DNA of 63,227 bases, from assembly GCF_001194135.2 (NCBI RefSeq), contig NC_068982.1:67310353-67373579 (forward strand), written 5' to 3'. Source of the stretch: Octopus bimaculoides. Its lineage: Eukaryota. Position numbers and translations under genes: made by a program. Position 1 is the stretch's first letter. Each line of letters begins with the position of its first letter. The notes under the pieces are model-generated. The model did not search any database. It saw nothing but the letters and a program-made list of their open reading frames with translations, and was not told where the DNA came from. Shown piece by piece: positions 50,201-63,170 of this stretch.

Positions 50201-50372
50201 TTATTTTATCAATCCCAAAAAGATGAAAAACTAAGTCAAATTCCGCCAAGGTTGATTTTGCCTTTCATCCTTTCGGGTCGATATAATAAGAACCAGTTGA
50301 GTGCTGGGGGTCAATGTAATCAACTATCCCCTTCCCCACAAATTCCAGGTCTTGTGCCTTTAGTGGAAAAGA
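50201..50372 (+). mobile_element. SINE family A copy with an inverted 5' foldback
   Basis: 50201-50239 is the reverse complement of 50252-50289. Confidence 0.75.
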
Positions 50373-50893
50373 TCATCATCATCATCATCATCATTGTCAT
50401 TATTATATACTATTTGAGACATCTCCATTAATATTTTCCAAAGAAGTGATCAGCAAAATTCATGTCGCCATATTTTCCCAACACATTTCAGTACGGTGGG
50501 GGAACAGTACATTCAATAGGCTCCTTGAGACATAGACACGTGTTACATATATCTTCCATTTCTTCAACTTCCACATCTCAAAACTGGACTGTTTGCTATA
50601 GAACTAGCTTCAACAAACATTCCATTGCAGGGTTGTGGTAATCTATTTATCTATCTACAAAGACATAACTAAACAGAGATACATAAATTCCTTACATTTA
50701 CAATACTGGCAATTTCAGTAATGTTTCTCTGTGTGATTAATATAATCGTTCTTAGGTACTGGATTTGATTTTTCTGTTCTTTTTTCTGGAGTTTACAGTG
50801 CAGCTGAATATTGATTTATTTGCATTCTTTCCAGCATCAAGTTCCATAATTAAGTTGTTGCTGAACATATGTTTAATTCATATTCATTCGTGT

Positions 50894-50947
<54 letters not shown>

Positions 50948-51801
50948 GTATACAGATAAATAGATGGATAGATGGATAGATGGATAGATAGATAGATAGA
51001 TAGATAAATAGACAGAGAGATAGGTATATATCTATCTATATATATATGTGTGTATAGATAGCTATACTATATATATACATATATAAAGCACACATATGCT
51101 TAAAAATAGATGGGCAAATGAAATATGCTAATATTGATTTTTTTTTTCTTTTCTTAAATAGACACAGACCATTGACAATTCAGACAGAGTAAAGAGTCCA
51201 TGATATTGAACCCTACTGCTGGACAAGTACATAATTTTATTGACCCCCGTCAGATGGATGAACGGTAAAGTTGACTTTGGCTTGATTCAACCTCAGAACA
51301 TAAGAGGTCATTAACAAATGCTTCAAGTCATTATATCCGTTGCTCCATCGATTTCACAAGCTTATTGCCTCAGAAACATGCAAACATTAATACTTATTGA
51401 GTAAAGTCAAGTCAACCAGCTATACAGCCACCCTTGTGTTATTGACAAAAATTGACTAAGCTCCATGTAGGATATTTGGATTAATAAATATTTTTTTTTA
51501 ATATGTACAGACATATACTTTATTTAATTTACTTTTGTGTGTATGTGTGTCTATGTATATGAATATATATATACATACATTATGTGTATGTGTGTATATG
51601 AATATACATGCATATATAGATAGATAAATGGGTAGAAAGATAGATAGATAGATAGGTAGGTAGGTAGATAGATAGATAGAGAGAGGGGGAGGGGGAGAGT
51701 AGATAGATGGACTGATAGATATTGTAATAATTTGTGATTTCACATAAAAAATGGGAATAAGCACATTCATTTGTGAACATGTCCATTTGCAGAATGTTCT
51801 A

Positions 51802-51836
<35 letters not shown>

Positions 51837-51885
51837 TACACACATATACCCACACGTGCACACACACACACACACAACACATAAT

Positions 51886-51926
<41 letters not shown>

Positions 51927-52233
51927 GAATATATAGTTTTTATATGTAATGATACAGTAATATATGTAATGATACATTATATATATATATATCATAAATA
52001 CATATATGTGAGTATAGCCTGTATATGAAATGTAATAATAATTTCAGCCAAACAAATAACACACTAAAAACAATACAGTAGTATGAATATGTAATTATCC
52101 TGAGGGACATATATAAGAATGACATTTCACTTGTTGAGATTTTCAAGACATCAGATTTGGTTTTATTCATTCGCCAGAACTGATCCTCTCACACACACAA
52201 ACACATACACACATACACACACACACACACACA

Positions 52234-52275
<42 letters not shown>

Positions 52276-52625
52276 NNNNNNNNNNNNNNNNNNNNNNNNN
52301 NNNNNNNNNNNNNNNNNNNNNNNNNNNNNNNNNNNNNNNNNNNNNNNNNNNNNNNNNNNNNNNNNNNNNNNNNNNTATATATATATATATATATATATGT
52401 ATATACACATACATATACATGTTATATGTATGTATGTATGCATGTATGTATGTGTGTGTGTTTGTGTGTGTATATGTAATTATATCTGTTTGTTGTTAAT
52501 GTTCTTAGGCATATACCACAAACCTTTCACATAAAACATATTGTATTGCATTGAAATACACAAAAGGATTAGATGTGAATATAAATTATATAGATATTAT
52601 AATAAATATTCTTGTGTGAGTATAC

Positions 52626-52668
<43 letters not shown>

Positions 52669-53079
52669 TATACACACACATATGTATGTATGTATGTAGG
52701 TATGTTTCTAAATGTATGTATTTGTGTGCAAGTGTGAATGAATAGACAGTGCGCATACTTGCAGACCCACCCAGACTGTTTGACCTACTGCAGATGACAT
52801 CTAGTTTGAACTGCAGAGTCCTGAGGCATATCCTTCAATGGGTTAACCATTACACAGTCTAGTCACCCTTAAACAGCAATTAAACACAATTACTATACAT
52901 TAAAGCAAATACATAGAATTATACACACATGAAAACTAAGTAACATAATGCATCTATATATACATATGTATCTGTGTATGTGTGTGCATTTATGTATTTT
53001 TTTTTTAATGATAAATAATCTACATATATAATATACATAATGTGCAGATATATATATAGAGACATATACATATACTCAC

Positions 53080-53134
53080 GTGACTGCGGAGCAAGAGGAT
53101 GGTGTTCAATATGTGTAGTCTTCCCCATTTCTGT
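53080..53134 (-). CDS. Candidate internal exon (55 nt) of an unidentified gene
   Basis: ttttacacataactacag| ... cac|GTGAGT, with two open frames (TEMGKTTHIEHHPLAPQS or QKWGRLHILNTILLLRSH). Confidence 0.35.
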
Positions 53135-54249
53135 CTGTAGTTATGTGTAAAATACACTAGAATGTAGAAATAATATGAACCAAACGCTGCTTATCAAATA
53201 ATTCTCTTTGTTTTATAATAAATATATTTATGTATATATAAACTTATGTATATATATATAATTTTATACACAGACTGTGGAACCTTCTTTGTATTCTGTT
53301 TCCCTTTTATATACTGTTGCTAGTTAAAAATCAAAAGCAACATAATGTCTATTGATGATTTCTCAGGTTGGTGGCAATGTAAAGATCCTTTACTGTAATG
53401 CAGGAGGATGTTCCTTGGTTGATGCTGAAGAAAATATTCCTATATGACCAAGACTGCAGCTCAGTCACAGTAACTGGATGGTTCCTTTTGTTATAATTAT
53501 TATTTTTTTATTTATTTATTATCATTTAAATCATTATATTTCATATAATATATATATATACACACACATATATATTATTGATATAATTATTTATGTATTT
53601 AATATTATTGTTATTATTATTATTTTCAGCTCAAATTCACTTTTTTTTCTGTTGGTTTTTTTTAATCTTTTGTTTTTGTTTTTTTCTTTTTTAATCAAGT
53701 AATATTTGAAGCTGACATTATTCTCCTAGCTGAGGGTTGTTTTCTATTGATGTTGGCATCATCATTGTCATAGCAGTGAAGGCTTTAGTAGTAACAGTCC
53801 TCAGTGAGGAGGTGGGCCAGGATGCTGCTACTGCTGCTGTTACTACTCTTACTACTGCTATTGCTGCTGCTCCTATAACAACTGCTATTGCTGCTGCTGC
53901 TGCTGCTGCTGCTATTATTGCTACAGCTACAACTACTGCTGCTGCTGGTGGTTGTGGCTGTGGTGTTGCGACTGTTGCTGTAGTTGTTGCTGCTGTAGTT
54001 TTGCTATAAGAAGCAGTAACAGGGTTATTGATGACAAAAGGCGATACAAATATACAGATCAGTCAATACATTTCCAAAATCCTTTAATCCCTCACACACG
54101 AACACACACACACACACACACACACACAAAGATATGCACTATGCCGTCTGTCTATCTGCTAGTCTGTCTATCTGTCCTGTATCTCTTTCTCTCTCTGTCT
54201 TCATCTATCTTGCCAGCTNNNNNNNNNNNNNNNNNNNNNNNNNNNNNNN

Positions 54250-54302
54250 NTATGTATGTATGTATGTATGTATGTATGTATGTATGTATTCATTCTTGCA
54301 TG

Positions 54303-54355
<53 letters not shown>

Positions 54356-54789
54356 GTATGTATGTATGTATGTATGCATGTATGTATGTATGTATGTATG
54401 TATGTATGTATGTATGTATGTATGTATGTGTCTATCTATCTATCGTACGTACGTACATATTTATGAATGTGTCTATCTATCTATCAATTTTGCTAGCTAT
54501 CAGTCTATTTGTCTGCCTGCCTGTCAGTCTGTCTCTGTTTCTAAATATCTATCTATCTGTCTATCTATCTATCTATCTACTTGTTTGTCTGTTTGTCTAT
54601 CTATTAATTTATCTCTCAATGTACCTATCTATCTATCTGTGTGTCTGTCTGTCTGTGTGTCTGTCTGCCTGTGTGTCTGTCTGTCTGTGTGTTTGTCTGC
54701 CTGTGTGTCTGTCTGTCTGTGTGTCTGTCTGTCTGTGTGTCTGTCTGCCTGTGTGTCTGTCTGTCTGTGTGTCTGCGTGTCTGTCTGTG

Positions 54790-54856
<67 letters not shown>
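54250..54856. repeat. (TATG)n/(TATC)n/(TGTC)n compound microsatellite
   Basis: Directly visible. Confidence 0.95.
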
Positions 54857-54857
<1 letters not shown>

Positions 54858-55085
54858 GACGTCTAGAGGTTTTCCTGGGAAGTCTCAACCTTTACTTTTA
54901 GTGGGGGATTGGAATGCTACCTTGGACATACATCTAGACTACGTGGGCAGAGATAGTAATAGGAGGGGGTGTAAATGCCTCAAAGACCTGCTCAGACATT
55001 TCCAACTGCCTGACAGGTACTGACTGGACCATCCAAATGTGCCAATGTGGACAAAGAGCAACTGCATCGGGTCATCCAGATCGTA

Positions 55086-55313
55086 TTAGGTTGTCCGGAA
55101 AGTTCATGCCGATTTATAGTAGCTTACCTTTCGACTTATTTGCCATGAAACCACCTCAATTCTGGGAAGAGAGTATTTTCAAATTAAAGGGAAAATGGAG
55201 ACACATTGTGCAACAAGATGGTTCATATTTGGTTGATTAAAAATGTAATGGCAAGTATTTATTGACCTTTTTCTTTCCTTTAAAAATCGGCATGTACTTT
55301 CTAGACAACCCAA
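55086..55313 (+). mobile_element. mariner deletion derivative, TA TSD
   Basis: 30-bp TIRs with 4 mismatches (TTAGGTTGTCCGGAAAGTTCATGCCGATTT); transposase C-terminus KPPQFWEESIFKLKGKWRHIVQQDGSYLVD*. Confidence 0.92.
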
Positions 55314-55332
55314 TATTTAGATAGAGTGTTCT

Positions 55333-55557
55333 TATTTCTTTACTGCCCACAAGGGGCTAAACATAGAGGGGACAAACAAGGACAGACAAAGGGATTAAGT
55401 CGATTACCCCTGTGTAACTGGTACTTAATTTATCGACCCCGAAAGGATGAAAGGCAAAGTCGACCTCGGAGGAATTTGAACTCAGAACGTAACGGCAGAC
55501 GAAATACTGCTAAGCATTTCACCTGATGTGCTAATGTTTCTGCCAGCTCACCGCCTT
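55333..55557 (-). mobile_element. SINE family A variant with 17-bp TSD
   Basis: TSD TTTAGATAGAGTGTTCT at 55316-55332 and 55558-55574. Confidence 0.95.
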
Positions 55558-57193
55558 TTTAGATAGAGTGTTCTGTAGGACAGTGGATAAGGATAGTGTA
55601 GGTTGTCCACAATTCCATATAGTCAGCTACACAGATCACAAATTTCTGACTTGTACACCTAACTTAGATAAGACACATAGGCAGGGTCCCAGTTGCTGGA
55701 AGCTGAACTCATCATTCACGGCATACATACATACATACACGCGCATCATTCACAGCAGTAACAGGCGCCATCGTCAACGATAGATGGTGGTATGCCCTAA
55801 AGAAAGCAATTAAAACAGAATCGGTTAGGTACAGTAAGGCCCTAGCATTAGACCTAAATAGAATAGAGGGAGACCCAGTTAAGAAATTAGAAGAGGCACT
55901 TAGAACTGGCATCATGTCCAACATACTGGTGATGAGGTTGGCCCTCGACTAACACTTCAACGCCAAACATGAAGAATGCGTTGTCAGAGCTAGGATGCGT
56001 GCTCTGAGGAACAAAGGAGTTGGAGCTACCCAAGAGACCTGAGTAGCGGAGGTGCAATGAGGCAACAAAGTCACCATTAGGTCTCTGACAGATGAGCAGG
56101 GGCGCAAACTACTCGAGCCTGAAAGGATATGTGAGGCCTTTCAACAACACTTTGCCTGACTGCTCAGGACAACTGGTAGGTCAGAACGTAGAGTGGACTT
56201 TACTGCCTACCTGCATAGCCTGCCATAACTCTTGGCAAGAGAGGCGGAGTGTTGTGAAAGACCCATCACAACTTCGGACATACAGGATGTGATGGCAGGC
56301 TGCACAGGAGACAAATCACCAGGCTTGGATCATCTGCTCTATGAACTTTGTTGTCATATGCCAGACTTATTTGGAGGTGTCTTGGCAGCTGTCTACTGCA
56401 GCTGGCAGCAAAACGGGAGTATCCCCATTTTTGTAAAGCAAGGATATAAGACTTTGGGAGCAATGGTTTCCAATGAGAAATATCATTTGGATCATGATGA
56501 CCAGTCCAATCCAATCCAGGCCAGCATGAAAAGTTGATGTAATGCTGCTGCTACTGTGGCTGATGATGATGATGGGATGGTATAGATATGTATGTGTGCA
56601 CATGCGCACGTGTGTGTGTGTGAGAGAGAGAGTGTGTGTGTGTGTGTATGTGTGTGTGTGTGTGTGTGTGTGATGATTTCTTTAATCAAAACCAAATCAA
56701 GTGCTTTTGTCTACAGATGAGTTTTGTGTGTTTGCGTATGTGTGTATGTGTGCATACCTGTTTGTGTGTGTGTTTGTGTGTAATTCTTGCAGTAAGACTT
56801 GACATAAGACCGATGAATTTCAGGTACCTAGTGTAGCATGAACATACCTTTGGATCTGGAGAGATTCATTGCTATGTACCAGCAGTAACAGCTGTTGAGT
56901 CATACTGCATGAGTCATGAGTCATATGGCTTACATAAATTTCCTGTCAATCAGATTTTCATGGGAAGAACTGAACATAATTTCCATTAGGATTCTTAGTT
57001 TAGTGGCAGTGATTCAAAGAATTTATTTTCATTGCCAATGCTTAATGTTTTCCTATTAATGCCTTTCCAGTCTCCAGTGGAGGATTTGTTTGGGTATCTT
57101 ACACCATCCGAAGCATTCTGTGACTGATTATCTGAACTGAGGTTTCATTAAGCTTTTGCTTTCACTTTGTTTTTCCTGTGTATACTCAACAAG

Positions 57194-57594
57194 GATCCGC
57201 AATGGCCCAGTGGTTAGGGCAGCGGACTTGCAGTCATAGGATCACGGCTTCGATTCCCAGACCGGGCGTTGTGAGTGTTTATTGAGCGAAAAACACCTAA
57301 AGCTCCACAAGGCTCTGGCAGGGGATGGTGGTGAACCCTGCTGTACTCTTTCACCACAATTTTCTATCACTCTTACTTCCTGTTTCTGTTGTGCCTGTAA
57401 TTCAAAGGGTCAGCCTTGGCACACTGTGTCACGCTGAATATCCCCGAGAACAATGTTAAGGGTACACGTGTCTGTGGAGTGCTCAGCCACTTGCATGTTA
57501 ATTTCACGAGCAGGCTGTTCCGTTGATCGGATCAACTGGAACCCTCGATGTCGTAAGCGACGGAGTGCCAGCCAAACCAAGCAAGCAGCCAGCC
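57194..57594 (+). mobile_element. Full-length tRNA-derived SINE with TSD
   Basis: TGGCCCAGTGG and GGCTTCGATTCC boxes; TSD ACTCAACAAG at 57184-57193 and 57595-57604. A second 3' end lies at 59195-59266. Confidence 0.9.
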
Positions 57595-57924
57595 ACTCAA
57601 CAAGAATGCTTCTTCCTTGTGTTGCTACTCAATGAAAGGCTGCAAGTGAGGCAAATACCACCCATTTTAATACCCCCCCCACCACCACCACTTGGTTCTG
57701 GAGCGTCTGTAACAGAGTTGTAAGCATTCTAGTTTTCTTTCCAGCTACATTTTTCCTGTAGACATTAACCAGCTAATCACCAACCACATCAGTTTCAAAA
57801 ATCTTGTAGGGCCTGTAATGATCAAGGACACTGCCCCTCTATTTGTGATTAACTTTTTAAAAAATAAATATAACAACCAAGAATCATTATTTGTATTCTG
57901 TATGATATCTAAACTTCACCTCTA

Positions 57925-58100
57925 CATCGTTGTGTGGTAAGAAGTTTGCTTCCCAACCACATGGTTCCATGTTCAGTCCTACTGTGTGGTAGCTTCAGCA
58001 AGTGTCTACCACTGTAGCCTCAGGTCAACCAAAGTCTTGTGAGTAGATTTGGTTGGTGGAAACTGAATGTATGTATGTATGTATGTATGTATGTATGTAT
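57925..58100 (+). mobile_element. CORE-like SINE family E with (TGTA)n tail
   Basis: Family match. Confidence 0.75.
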
Positions 58101-59329
58101 GTACAAACAATATATGAGTATATGCATATATATGTACATGTATGTACATACCTTCATCTACATGTACACATAGATACAAAACTGGGTACATGACGTGGCA
58201 AAAGAACATGGACAAAATGATAAACAAGGTACAACAAACAAGNNNNNNNNNNNNNNNNNNNNNNNNNNNNNNNNNNNNNNNNNNNNNNNNNNNNNNNNNN
58301 NNNNNNNNNNNNNNNNNNNNNNNNNNNNNNNNNNNNNNNNNNNNNNNNNNNNNNNNNNNNNNNNNNNNNNNNNNNNNNNNNNNNNNNNNNNNNNNNNNNN
58401 NNNNNNNNNNNNNNNNNNNNNNNNNNNNNNNNNNNNNNNNNNNNNNNNNNNNNNNNNNNNNNNNNNNNNNNNNNNNNNNNNNNNNNNNNNNNNNNNNNNN
58501 NNNNNNNNNNNNNNNNNNNNNNNNNNNNNNNNNNNNNNNNNNNNNNNNNNNNNNNNNNNNNNNNNNNNNNNNNNNNNNNNNNNNNNNNNNNNNNNNNNNN
58601 NNNNNNNNNNNNNNNNNNNNNNNNNNNNNNNNNNNNNNNNNNNNNNNNNNNNNNNNNNNNNNNNNNNNNNNNNNNNNNNNNNNNNNNNNNNNNNNNNNNN
58701 NNNNNNNNNNNNNNNNNNNNNNNNNNNNNNNNNNNNNNNNNNNNNNNNNNNNNNNNNNNNNNNNNNNNNNNNNNNNNNNNNNNNNNNNNNNNNNNNNNNN
58801 NNNNNNNNNNNNNNNNNNNNNNNNNNNNNNNNNNNNNNNNNNNNNNNNNNNNNNNNNNNNNNNNNNNNNNNNNNNNNNNNNNNNNNNNNNNNNNNNNNNN
58901 NNNNNNNNNNNNNNNNNNNNNNNNNNNNNNNNNNNNNNNNNNNNNNNNNNNNNNNNNNNNNNNNNNNNNNNNNNNNNNNNNNNNNNNNNNNNNNNNNNNN
59001 NNNNNNNNNNNNNNNNNNNNNNNNNNNNNNNNNNNNNNNNNNNNNNNNNNNNNNNNNNNNNNNNNNNNNNNNNNNNNNNNNNNNNNNNNNNNNNNNNNNN
59101 NNNNNNNNNNNNNNNNNNNNNNNNNNNNNNNNNNNNNNNNNNNNNNNNNNNNNNNNNNNNNNNNNNNNNNNNNNNNNNNNNNNNNNNNNNNNNNCACGAG
59201 CAGGCTGTTCCGTTGATCGGATTGACTGGAACCCACGACGTCGTAAGCGACGGAGTGCCAACAACATGTATGTATGTATGTATGTATGTATGTATGTATG
59301 TATGTATGTATGTATGTATGTATGTATGT

Positions 59330-60205
59330 ATGTGTGTGTGTCTTTGTGTCTGTGTTTGTCTCCAGCAACTGTTTAGCAACTGCTGTTGGGTGTTTATGTC
59401 CCCGTAACTTAGCAGTTCAGAAAAAGAGACCAATATTCCAAGTACCGGGCTTTAAAAAAATAAGTATTGGGATCGATTTGTTTAACTGAAACCTTTCAAG
59501 GTGGTGCCCCAGCATGGTTGCAGTGTAATGACAGAAATAAATAAAGCACAAAAGATAACACTGGATGCACAGCTTGGCTCAACTTGATCCATTTTCGTTT
59601 TTAAGGTCCCAATAATGAGGAGGTCCTACTGAAAGCAAAACTAGATTTCATTAAATGAAAGAATAAGTTGTTTTCAAAGTAAGTAAAAGCTTAGACTAGC
59701 TGAGTTAAAGCATTTGGTTATTGACATATCCTGATAACAGACTGGTTGGTGCTACATACATATCTGACCGCTCACTAAACAGTAGGGTGAGTTTCATTTA
59801 AGCCATTAGTCCTCAACCTCTTATTTTTTCACCCATACAAAGTAATATCAAGTATGAATATGAGTATGTTAATGTTTTAATAATTGTTATTTTTTTAAAA
59901 ACTAAGTTAAAGATGCCTGTTGTGTGTGTGTGCGTGCATGTGTGTTTGTGTGCGAGCATGTGTGTTTGTGTGTGTGAGTGTGTGTGTGTGCCTGTATTTG
60001 TCTCCCACCACTGCTTGACAAGTGTTGGTGTGTTTGCATCCCCTGTAACTAGCAGTTTGGCAAAAAGAGACCAATAGAATATGTACTAGGCTTAACAAAA
60101 AAAAATTATATAAATACTGGGGTTGATACATTCAACTAAAAATTCTTCAAGGTGGTACCCCAGCATAGTCACAGTCTAGTGACTGAAACAAGTAAAAGAT
60201 AAAAG
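59330..60205 (+). mobile_element. Two SINE family F copies (59330-59555, 59985-60205)
   Basis: Shared GTAACT(T)AGCAGTT..AAAAGAGACC..CTTCAAGGTGGT segments. Confidence 0.75.
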
Positions 60206-61009
60206 ATATTGAACTACATACAGTAAGTGACCAAGTTGAATTCAAAAAATTAGCTTTCAGCTTTACCAATGAATAACTGACCAATTAAAAATGAAATTTG
60301 CAAACAGGGAAATCAACTACAATTGAAGATGTGAAATTCAATAACTTCTTCCTCTGTTCCTGCTTTCTATTCAAGATTCTGTTAAAACAGGGAACTTTCT
60401 TGTTGGTTTCCAATTAATTGAATCACCTGTAGATTCAGGTGATTTCAGCATTTTGTCATGGTGGATAAAAAAGGACTGAATCTAGATTCACATAAGTATG
60501 TCATTGTAAATGGAATGAGGACATCAGCCGCAGTGTGTGGTTGTGGTGGTGGTGGTGGTNNNNNNNNNNNNNNNNNNNNNNNNNNNNNNNNNNNNNNNNN
60601 NNNNNNNNNNNNNNNNNNNNNNNNNNNNNNNNNNNNNNNNNNNNNNNNNNNNNNNNNNNNNNNNNNNNNNNNNNNNNNNNNNNNNNNNNNNNNNNNNNNN
60701 NNNNNNNNNNNNNNNNNNNNNNNNNNNNNNNNNNNNNNNNNNNNNNNNNNNNNNNNNNNNNNNNNNNNNNNNNNNNNNNNNNNNNNNNNNNNNNNNNNNN
60801 NNNNNNNNNNNNNNNNNNNNNNNNNNNNNNNNNNNNNNNNNNNNNNNNNNNNNNNNNNNNNNNNNNNNNNNNNNNNNNNNNNNNNNNNNNNNNNNNNNNN
60901 NNNNNNNNNNNNNNNNNNNNNNNNNNNNNNNNNNNNNNNNNNNNNNNNNNNNNNNNNNNNNNNNNNNNNNNNNNNNNNNNNNNNNNNNNNNNNNNNNNNN
61001 NNNNNNNNN

Positions 61010-61135
61010 GGAAGAGGAGGAGGAAGAGGAGGAGGAAGAGGAGGGGGAAGAGGAGGAAGAGGAGGAGGAAGAGGAGGAAGAGGAGGAAGAGGAGGAGGAA
61101 GAAGAGGAGGAGGAAGAAGAGGAGGAGCAGCAGCA
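61010..61135. repeat. (GAG/GAA)n purine tract
   Basis: Directly visible. Confidence 0.95.
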
Positions 61136-61469
61136 GGAAACATAATAGTTCTATGCAACCATTGGTCAATAGTTTGTTTCAATGCCGGCACACTTACTTT
61201 CTGCTAAGAAATTGTCTTTGCCACTTGGCAGTAAGAATTTGGCTCATACTTCTCTTGGAACATATACTAATTGTTCTCAAGACACAAGTGAAATTCTCAG
61301 CTCAGCTCAATGCTTTGTATTGCTCTTTGAATTTCTTACTATCAATTTGATGTCTGTTAATACTACAAAAGTGATGCTTCTTGATCAGTGGCCATAGACA
61401 AACTTTTCTATTTCTCTTTGCTTATAAATAGGATGCATTATTACTTTAACATATAATTTTCAAATTTAT

Positions 61470-61707
61470 CATCATCATCATCATCATTTTAGCATCTACT
61501 TTTCCACCCTCACAGGGGTTGGACAGAATTTGTTGAGGCAAATTTTCTTAGGTCAGATGCCCTGCCTGTCATTGACTCTTGTTTGCAAGCAAGGTAATAT
61601 TCTCCCATAATGAGACAGGTTTTCATGGAAGATTAGAAATGAAGTACACTGCTTGCATGATGAGGGGAGGGGCAGTTGTTTTACACAACTTTTATTTATA
61701 TATAAAG

Positions 61708-61748
<41 letters not shown>

Positions 61749-61900
61749 ATGCTTCTTTCAGTTTCTGTCTACCAAATACTCTCTTCCAAGGCTTTGGCTG
61801 GCCCAGAGTTTTAGCAGAAGACATTTGTCCAGGGTGACATGCTGTGGAATTGAATCCAAAACCACATGGCTGGAAAGCAAAATTTTTAACCATACAGTGA
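61470..61900 (-). mobile_element. SINE family D (61470-61700) and family E (61740-61900)
   Basis: Family matches. Confidence 0.7.
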
Positions 61901-62639
61901 TGCTTGCACCTTCTGTGAATTGAAAAATATATTCCCAATCAAATAAGATATTCTACATTTCCAATTTCTTTTCTTTTCCAATTTTCTGTCATCTTGTATT
62001 GAACACTTGTTATTAATATTAATTTCCCATGATGCTGAATTGATACTTTTGTCTANNNNNNNNNNNNNNNNNNNNNNNNNNNNNNNNNNNNNNNNNNNNN
62101 NNNNNNNNNNNNNNNNNNNNNNNNNNNNNNNNNNNNNNNNNNNNNNNNNNNNNNNNNNNNNNNNNNNNNNNNNNNNNNNNNNNNNNNNNNNNNNNNNNNN
62201 NNNNNNNNNNNNNNNNNNNNNNNNNNNNNNNNNNNNNNNNNNNNNNNNNNNNNNNNNNNNNNNNNNNNNNNNNNNNNNNNNNNNNNNNNNNNNNNNNNNN
62301 NNNNNNNNNNNNNNNNNNNNNNNNNNNNNNNNNNNNNNNNNNNNNNNNNNNNNNNNNNNNNNNNNNNNNNNNNNNNNNNNNNNNNNNNNNNNNNNNNNNN
62401 NNNNNNNNNNNNNNNNNNNNNNNNNNNNNNNNNNNNNNNNNNNNNNNNNNNNNNNNNNNNNNNNNNNNNNNNNNNNNNNNNNNNNNNNNNNNNNNNNNNN
62501 NNNNNNNNNNNNNNNNNNNNNNNNNNNNNNNNNNNNNNNNNNNNNNNNNNNNNNNNNNNNNNNNNNNNNNNNNNNNNNNNNNCAAACAAAGTGCACAAAA
62601 AAGCTATATGTTTGCATTATATTATATATACAATAATAA

Positions 62640-62802
62640 TAAAGGATGTTTACAAACCAAGGACGTTATATAGACCCTCTTGACTCAAGTTAGAGAAGGG
62701 GTGCCTATTATACGCAAGGTTTAGGTTTTACAGAGGTACAGCCCCCTAAAAATCCCCTGCATATTATACTCAAGGGTGGACTATATTCTCAAGGGTTTAC
62801 GG

Positions 62803-62804
<2 letters not shown>
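62640..62804. mobile_element. pogo/Tigger-like MITE right end
   Basis: Ends TATACTCAAGGG..CTATATTCTCAAGGGTTTACGG-TA, a pogo-type terminus from recall. Confidence 0.55.
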
Positions 62805-62833
<29 letters not shown>

Positions 62834-62872
62834 GTATATATGTATGTATGTATGTATGCATGTATGAATATA

Positions 62873-62945
62873 CGAGGGGGTGCTGAACAGTTCCTGGCTT
62901 TGGGTAAAAGAAAAAACAGGAGAATCAGTTAATTATGATTTTATA
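62873..62945. mobile_element. Truncated copy of the 39413-39618 mariner MITE
   Basis: TA-CGAGGGGGTGCTGAACAGTTCCTGG..GGGTAAAAGAAAAA. Confidence 0.8.
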
Positions 62946-63170
62946 TATTCTTTCATTCTTTTATTTGTTTTAGTTATTTGACTGCAGCTATGCTGGAGCA
63001 CCGCCATTAGTTGAACAAATCGACCCTAGGACTTATTCTTTGTAAGCCTAGTATTTATTCTATTGTCTCTTTTGCCGAACTGCTAAGTTACAGGGACGTA
63101 AACACACCAGCATCAGTTGTCAAGCAATAGTGGGTGGGTGGGGGGACAAAGATAGACACACAAACATACA
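62945..63170 (-). mobile_element. SINE family F, little diverged
   Basis: Reverse complement of the 59330-59555 type. Confidence 0.8.

Larger units (their letters stand above)
54857..56443 (+). mobile_element. Tx1/L1-clade LINE ORF2 relic (APE endonuclease to start of RT)
   Basis: LVGDWNA, SRSYLDRVF (after removing inserts), TDHK, WKLNSS and DKSPGLD motifs; multiple stops. Confidence 0.9.
16602..62582. other. 14 assembly gaps (N-runs) within this span
   Basis: Gaps start at about 16602, 20156, 37116, 38891, 40124, 42722, 44181, 45493, 46924, 52276, 54219, 58243, 60560 and 62056. Confidence 0.99.

Noticed and set aside
50492-50637. Plus-strand exon candidate YGGGTVHSIGSLRHRH..
   Set aside because: Comparable open frames exist on the opposite strand and no domain is recognised.
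53366-53446. Plus-strand VGGNVKILYCNAGGCSLVDAEENIPI* after ttctcag
   Set aside because: Short, unrecognised, and an equally long frame exists on the minus strand.
53737-54009. Ala/Thr/Val-rich ORF resembling a membrane or mucin-like protein
   Set aside because: Degenerate (GCT/ACT)n trinucleotide repeat that is open in several frames on both strands.
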